From NCBI RefSeq assembly GCF_003334315.1, contig NZ_QOWR01000112.1: DNA of 1,821 bases; one strand, 5' to 3'. This DNA is from Escherichia coli (GTDB taxonomy: Bacteria > Pseudomonadota > Gammaproteobacteria > Enterobacterales > Enterobacteriaceae). The position numbers and the translations under genes were made by a program. The first letter of the stretch is position 1. The number at the start of each line of letters is the position of its first letter. The notes below the pieces were generated by a model that was not told the DNA's origin, searched no databases, and was given only the letters and a program-made list of their open reading frames with translations. Shown piece by piece: positions 1-1,821 of the stretch.

Positions 1-75
1 GGTCGTTAGCTCAGTTGGTAGAGCAGTTGACTTTTAATCAATTGGTCGCAGGTTCGAATCCTGCACGACCCACCA
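1..75 (+). tRNA. lysV: tRNA-Lys (anticodon UUU), missing its first nucleotide at the window edge; ends in encoded CCA at 73-75
   Basis: Sequence matches the E. coli tRNA-Lys(UUU) from nucleotide 2 onward as I recall it. Anticodon TTT is at 33-35 and the T-arm GCAGG-TTCGAAT-CCTGC at 48-64. The lysV assignment (rather than a lysT-operon copy) rests only on the convergent xapR-like gene downstream, i.e. synteny inference. Confidence 0.93.
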
Positions 76-118
76 ATGTAAAAAAGCGCCCTAAAGGCGC
101 TTTTTTGCTATCTGCGAT
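58..118 (+). repeat. Direct repeat copy 1 (61 bp): tRNA-Lys 3' end (T-loop to CCA) plus terminator hairpin and trailer
   Basis: 58-118 is identical over 61 bp to 214-274 (ATCCTGCACGACCCACCAATGTAAAAAAGCGCCCTAAAGGCGCTTTTTTGCTATCTGCGAT), compared by eye. Copy 1 is the genuine tRNA 3' end. Confidence 0.9.
80..106. terminator. Rho-independent terminator for the tRNA transcript; symmetric, so potentially bidirectional
   Basis: A-tract 80-85, stem GCGCC 86-90, loop CTAAA 91-95, stem GGCGC 96-100, T-tract 101-106. It starts 5 nt after the tRNA CCA. Confidence 0.8.
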
Positions 119-213
119 ACTCAAAGATTCGAACCTGCAGCAGGTTTGAGTTGAGCGCAGCGAAACAACGGAGCCGCTCGCGGCGACGGCCCGAAGGGCG
201 AGCGAAGCGAGTC

Positions 214-274
214 ATCCTGCACGACCCACCAATGTAAAAAAGCGCCCTAAAGGCGCTTTTTTGCTATCTGCGAT
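214..274 (+). repeat. Direct repeat copy 2 (61 bp): orphan tRNA-Lys 3'-end fragment (18 nt, ATCCTGCACGACCCACCA) plus second copy of the terminator hairpin
   Basis: Identical to 58-118. Only the last 18 nt of the tRNA are present, so this is not a functional tRNA gene. The repeat period is 156 bp. Confidence 0.9.
236..262. terminator. Second copy of the bidirectional rho-independent terminator; likely also terminates the convergent xapR transcript
   Basis: Same A-tract / GCGCC / CTAAA / GGCGC / T-tract hairpin as 80-106. It lies 78 bp beyond the xapR stop codon (340-342) on the minus strand and is flanked by A/T runs on both sides. Confidence 0.7.
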
Positions 275-339
275 TTGCGAAATTGCCTGATGCGCTTCAC
301 TTAGCAGACTACTATTTCCGGCAATTCCTGTCTCCTCAC

Positions 340-1224
340 CTACTGTGTCAATGCAGCCAACAGCTTAACCATCGCGGGCGTCACCTGCTGTGTTTCATAA
401 ACAATATATAAATCTGCAGGGATGCGCTGTTTGAGCGGACGGAAAATGACACCTGGCCAGTTCATTTGTGCGTAGCTGTCCGCTATCAATGTGATACCAA
501 TGCCCATACTGACCATAGCGAGTACCGTTTGCGGTTCATTAACTTCGCGAATAACAACCGGTGAAAATCCCACCTGCTGGCAAACTCGCTGCAAAAAATC
601 CCAGTCAGTGTAAACGGGCGGCATTGTAACAAAATACTCGTCACGTAGCGCTTCCAGCGGGACGGTGGAAAATGATGAGAGATGATGCTCTTCAGGCATC
701 GCCACCAGAAACGCCGATTCATGCAACCGTAAGCTGGTAAAACCAGTCGGTGGTTCTGTCGCCATTCGCCAGATCCCGGCATCAAGTTCGCGGCGTTCCA
801 GCAAGGCCATTTGCATCGCGGGCATCTTTTCGCGAAAAAGAACGTCAACGTTAGGATTTTCCCTGAGGAATCGCCGCATAACCGGGCGCATCCGTCCCCA
901 CATTGCCGTTCCCACTACGCCGAGTTCAATCCGCCCTGCTTCTCCCCGACCTATTTGTTCAATCCGAGCCAATACATTATTAGCATTCACCAGCAATCGA
1001 CGCGATTCTTCCATCAAGATTTTGCCCGCGTGTGTCAGTACGACGCTGCGCGAATGGCGAATAAAAAGCTGCGTGCCGAGTTGATTTTCCAGCTCTTTAA
1101 TATGAATGCTGAGCGGAGGCTGAGACATATTTAAACGCGCTGCTGCGCGGCCAAAATGCAACTCTTCCGCTACGGCAAGAAAATAACGGAGCAACTTAAG
1201 ATCTGTTCTGTATACGCGTTCCAT
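340..1224 (-). CDS. xapR: LysR-family transcriptional regulator (294 aa), most likely the xanthosine operon regulator XapR
   Basis: The ORF-track frame is 340-1239 (299 aa). The N-terminal region (LKLLRYFLAVAEELHFGRAAARLNMSQPPLSIHIKELENQLGTQLF) is a typical LysR-type winged-HTH and the remainder a LysR substrate-binding domain. I place the start at the second ATG (1222-1224, MERVYRTDL...) because GGAG (complement of 1234-1237) sits 9 nt upstream of it, while the first ATG at 1237-1239 has no Shine-Dalgarno. The xapR call rests on recalled sequence and on position next to lysV; it was not verified by search. Confidence 0.8.
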   Translation of the reverse strand: MERVYRTDLKLLRYFLAVAEELHFGRAAARLNMSQPPLSIHIKELENQLGTQLFIRHSRSVVLTHAGKILMEESRRLLVNANNVLARIEQIGRGEAGRIELGVVGTAMWGRMRPVMRRFLRENPNVDVLFREKMPAMQMALLERRELDAGIWRMATEPPTGFTSLRLHESAFLVAMPEEHHLSSFSTVPLEALRDEYFVTMPPVYTDWDFLQRVCQQVGFSPVVIREVNEPQTVLAMVSMGIGITLIADSYAQMNWPGVIFRPLKQRIPADLYIVYETQQVTPAMVKLLAALTQ

Positions 1225-1253
1225 AATTAAGTGCTCCATATAATAAATACATC

Positions 1254-1296
1254 GTATTAAATTATCATGGCATAAAGTATTTCACCACCAGATATC
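1254..1296 (-). promoter_or_regulatory. Candidate sigma70 promoter for the regulator gene (weak, speculative)
   Basis: On the minus strand a -10-like GATAAT (complement of 1261-1266) lies about 37 nt upstream of the ATG at 1224, in an AT-rich interval. The best -35 candidates 16-18 bp upstream (GTGGTG/GGTGGT/TGGTGG) are poor. Picked by eye, not scored. Confidence 0.2.
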
Positions 1297-1368
1297 CGAC
1301 ATACATAAACACAATGGATAATATACCCGGTAATACATTTGGTACAGGAATAGGCAAGCGCACGATTG

Positions 1369-1391
1369 GGTAATGACTCCAACTTATTGAT
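1369..1391. repeat. IS1 terminal inverted repeat (insB-proximal end, IRR)
   Basis: About 23 bp, GGTAATGACTCCAACTTATTGAT, matching the IS1 right terminal inverted repeat as I recall it. The insB stop codon (complement of 1384-1386) lies inside it, as in canonical IS1. Confidence 0.85.
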
Positions 1392-1821
1392 AGTGTTTTA
1401 TGTTCAGATAATGCCCGATGACTTTGTCATGCAGCTCCACCGATTTTGAGAACGACAGCGACTTCCGTCCCAGCCGTGCCAGGTGCTGCCTCAGATTCAG
1501 GTTATGCCGCTCAATTCGCTGCGTATATCGCTTGCTGATTACGTGCAGCTTTCCCTTCAGGCGGGATTCATACAGCGGCCAGCCATCCGTCATCCATATC
1601 ACCACGTCAAAGGGTGACAGCAGGCTCATAAGACGCCCCAGCGTCGCCATAGTGCGTTCACCGAATACGTGCGCAACAACCGTCTTCCGGAGCCTGTCAT
1701 ACGCGTAAAACAGCCAGCGCTGGCGCGATTTAGCCCCGACGTATCCCCACTGTTCGTCCATTTCCGCGCAGACGATGACGTCACTGCCCGGCTGTATGCG
1801 CGAGGTTACCGACTGCGGCCT
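1384..1821 (-). CDS. insB: IS1 transposase InsB reading frame, 3' portion; the N-terminal part and the insA frameshift region lie beyond the window
   Basis: The ORF-track frame 1384-1761 ([16 protein letters not shown]...[13 protein letters not shown]) matches the C-terminal ~125 aa of IS1 InsB. The complement of 1762-1821 matches IS1 sequence immediately upstream of the MDEQ codon, so I extend the frame to the window edge. One residue (YDRLRKT versus recalled YDSLRKT) suggests an IS1 variant. Confidence 0.9.
   Translation of the reverse strand, partial: RPQSVTSRIQPGSDVIVCAEMDEQWGYVGAKSRQRWLFYAYDRLRKTVVAHVFGERTMATLGRLMSLLSPFDVVIWMTDGWPLYESRLKGKLHVISKRYTQRIERHNLNLRQHLARLGRKSLSFSKSVELHDKVIGHYLNIKHYQ

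Larger units (their letters stand above)
1369..1821 (-). mobile_element. IS1-family insertion sequence, right-end portion (about 453 bp of a roughly 768-bp element), continuing beyond the window
   Basis: 1369 onward begins with the IS1 terminal sequence GGTAATGACTCCAACTTATTGATAGTG and encodes InsB on the minus strand. There is a sharp change from AT-rich flank to IS1 sequence at 1368/1369. Confidence 0.93.

Noticed and set aside
76-81. ATG-TAA start-stop pair immediately after the tRNA CCA, repeated at 232-237
   Set aside because: It has no ribosome-binding site and sits at the foot of the terminator A-tract; almost certainly coincidental sequence of the tRNA trailer.
58-274. The duplicated tRNA 3' ends as attL/attR bracketing a genomic island or prophage
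   Set aside because: Only 95 bp lie between the repeats, with no integrase or cargo, so no integrated element is present now. The idea survives only as a possible scar, as noted in the findings.
486-848. 120-aa ORF on the minus strand from the six-frame track
   Set aside because: It lies wholly inside the xapR CDS in a different frame of the same strand. The translation is low-complexity and Cys/Trp/Arg-rich with no recognisable domain or ribosome-binding site; it is an overlapping shadow ORF.
811-1134. 107-aa ORF on the plus strand from the six-frame track
   Set aside because: It is antisense to the xapR CDS and shows no ribosome-binding site or domain-like sequence; typical antisense shadow ORF of a GC-balanced gene.
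1257-1367. Open frame on the minus strand running out of the IS1 end (…NRALAYSCTKCITGYIIHCVYVCRISGGEILYAMII, stop at 1257-1259), considered as a possible xapB 3' remnant
   Set aside because: It has no start codon, lies in AT-rich promoter-like sequence, and I cannot recall the XapB C-terminus to confirm it. More likely intergenic. Only alignment to xapB could settle whether IS1 truncated xapB.
1418-1708. 96-aa ORF on the plus strand from the six-frame track
   Set aside because: It is antisense to IS1 insB, which is the real gene here. IS1 has no known gene on this strand at this position.
1-1821. CRISPR arrays, defence or toxin-antitoxin modules, or other novel accessory systems
   Set aside because: There are no spacer-repeat arrays and no unexplained ORFs: every substantial ORF is accounted for by xapR or IS1 insB, and the remaining sequence is tRNA, terminators, or short intergenic DNA.

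Overview
This window reads as an ordinary enterobacterial (E. coli/Shigella-type) chromosomal segment, and I see no evidence of a novel or undescribed system. It contains four things: (1) 1-75 is a tRNA-Lys(UUU) gene lacking only its first nucleotide at the window edge. (2) 58-274 is a tRNA-distal tandem module in which a 61-bp unit (tRNA 3' end plus a bidirectional rho-independent terminator hairpin) occurs twice, 156 bp apart, separated by a GC-rich structured spacer. (3) 340-1224 (minus strand) is a complete LysR-family regulator, most likely xapR, convergent with the tRNA. (4) 1369-1821 is the right end of an IS1 element with the 3' part of insB on the minus strand, inserted 144 bp upstream of the regulator's start codon. 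The three other ORFs in the six-frame track are antisense or overlapping shadows of xapR and insB. The most interesting points are the IS1 insertion where the xapAB structural genes would be expected, and the tRNA-distal repeat. All identifications are from reading the sequence and recall of known families; no database search was run.
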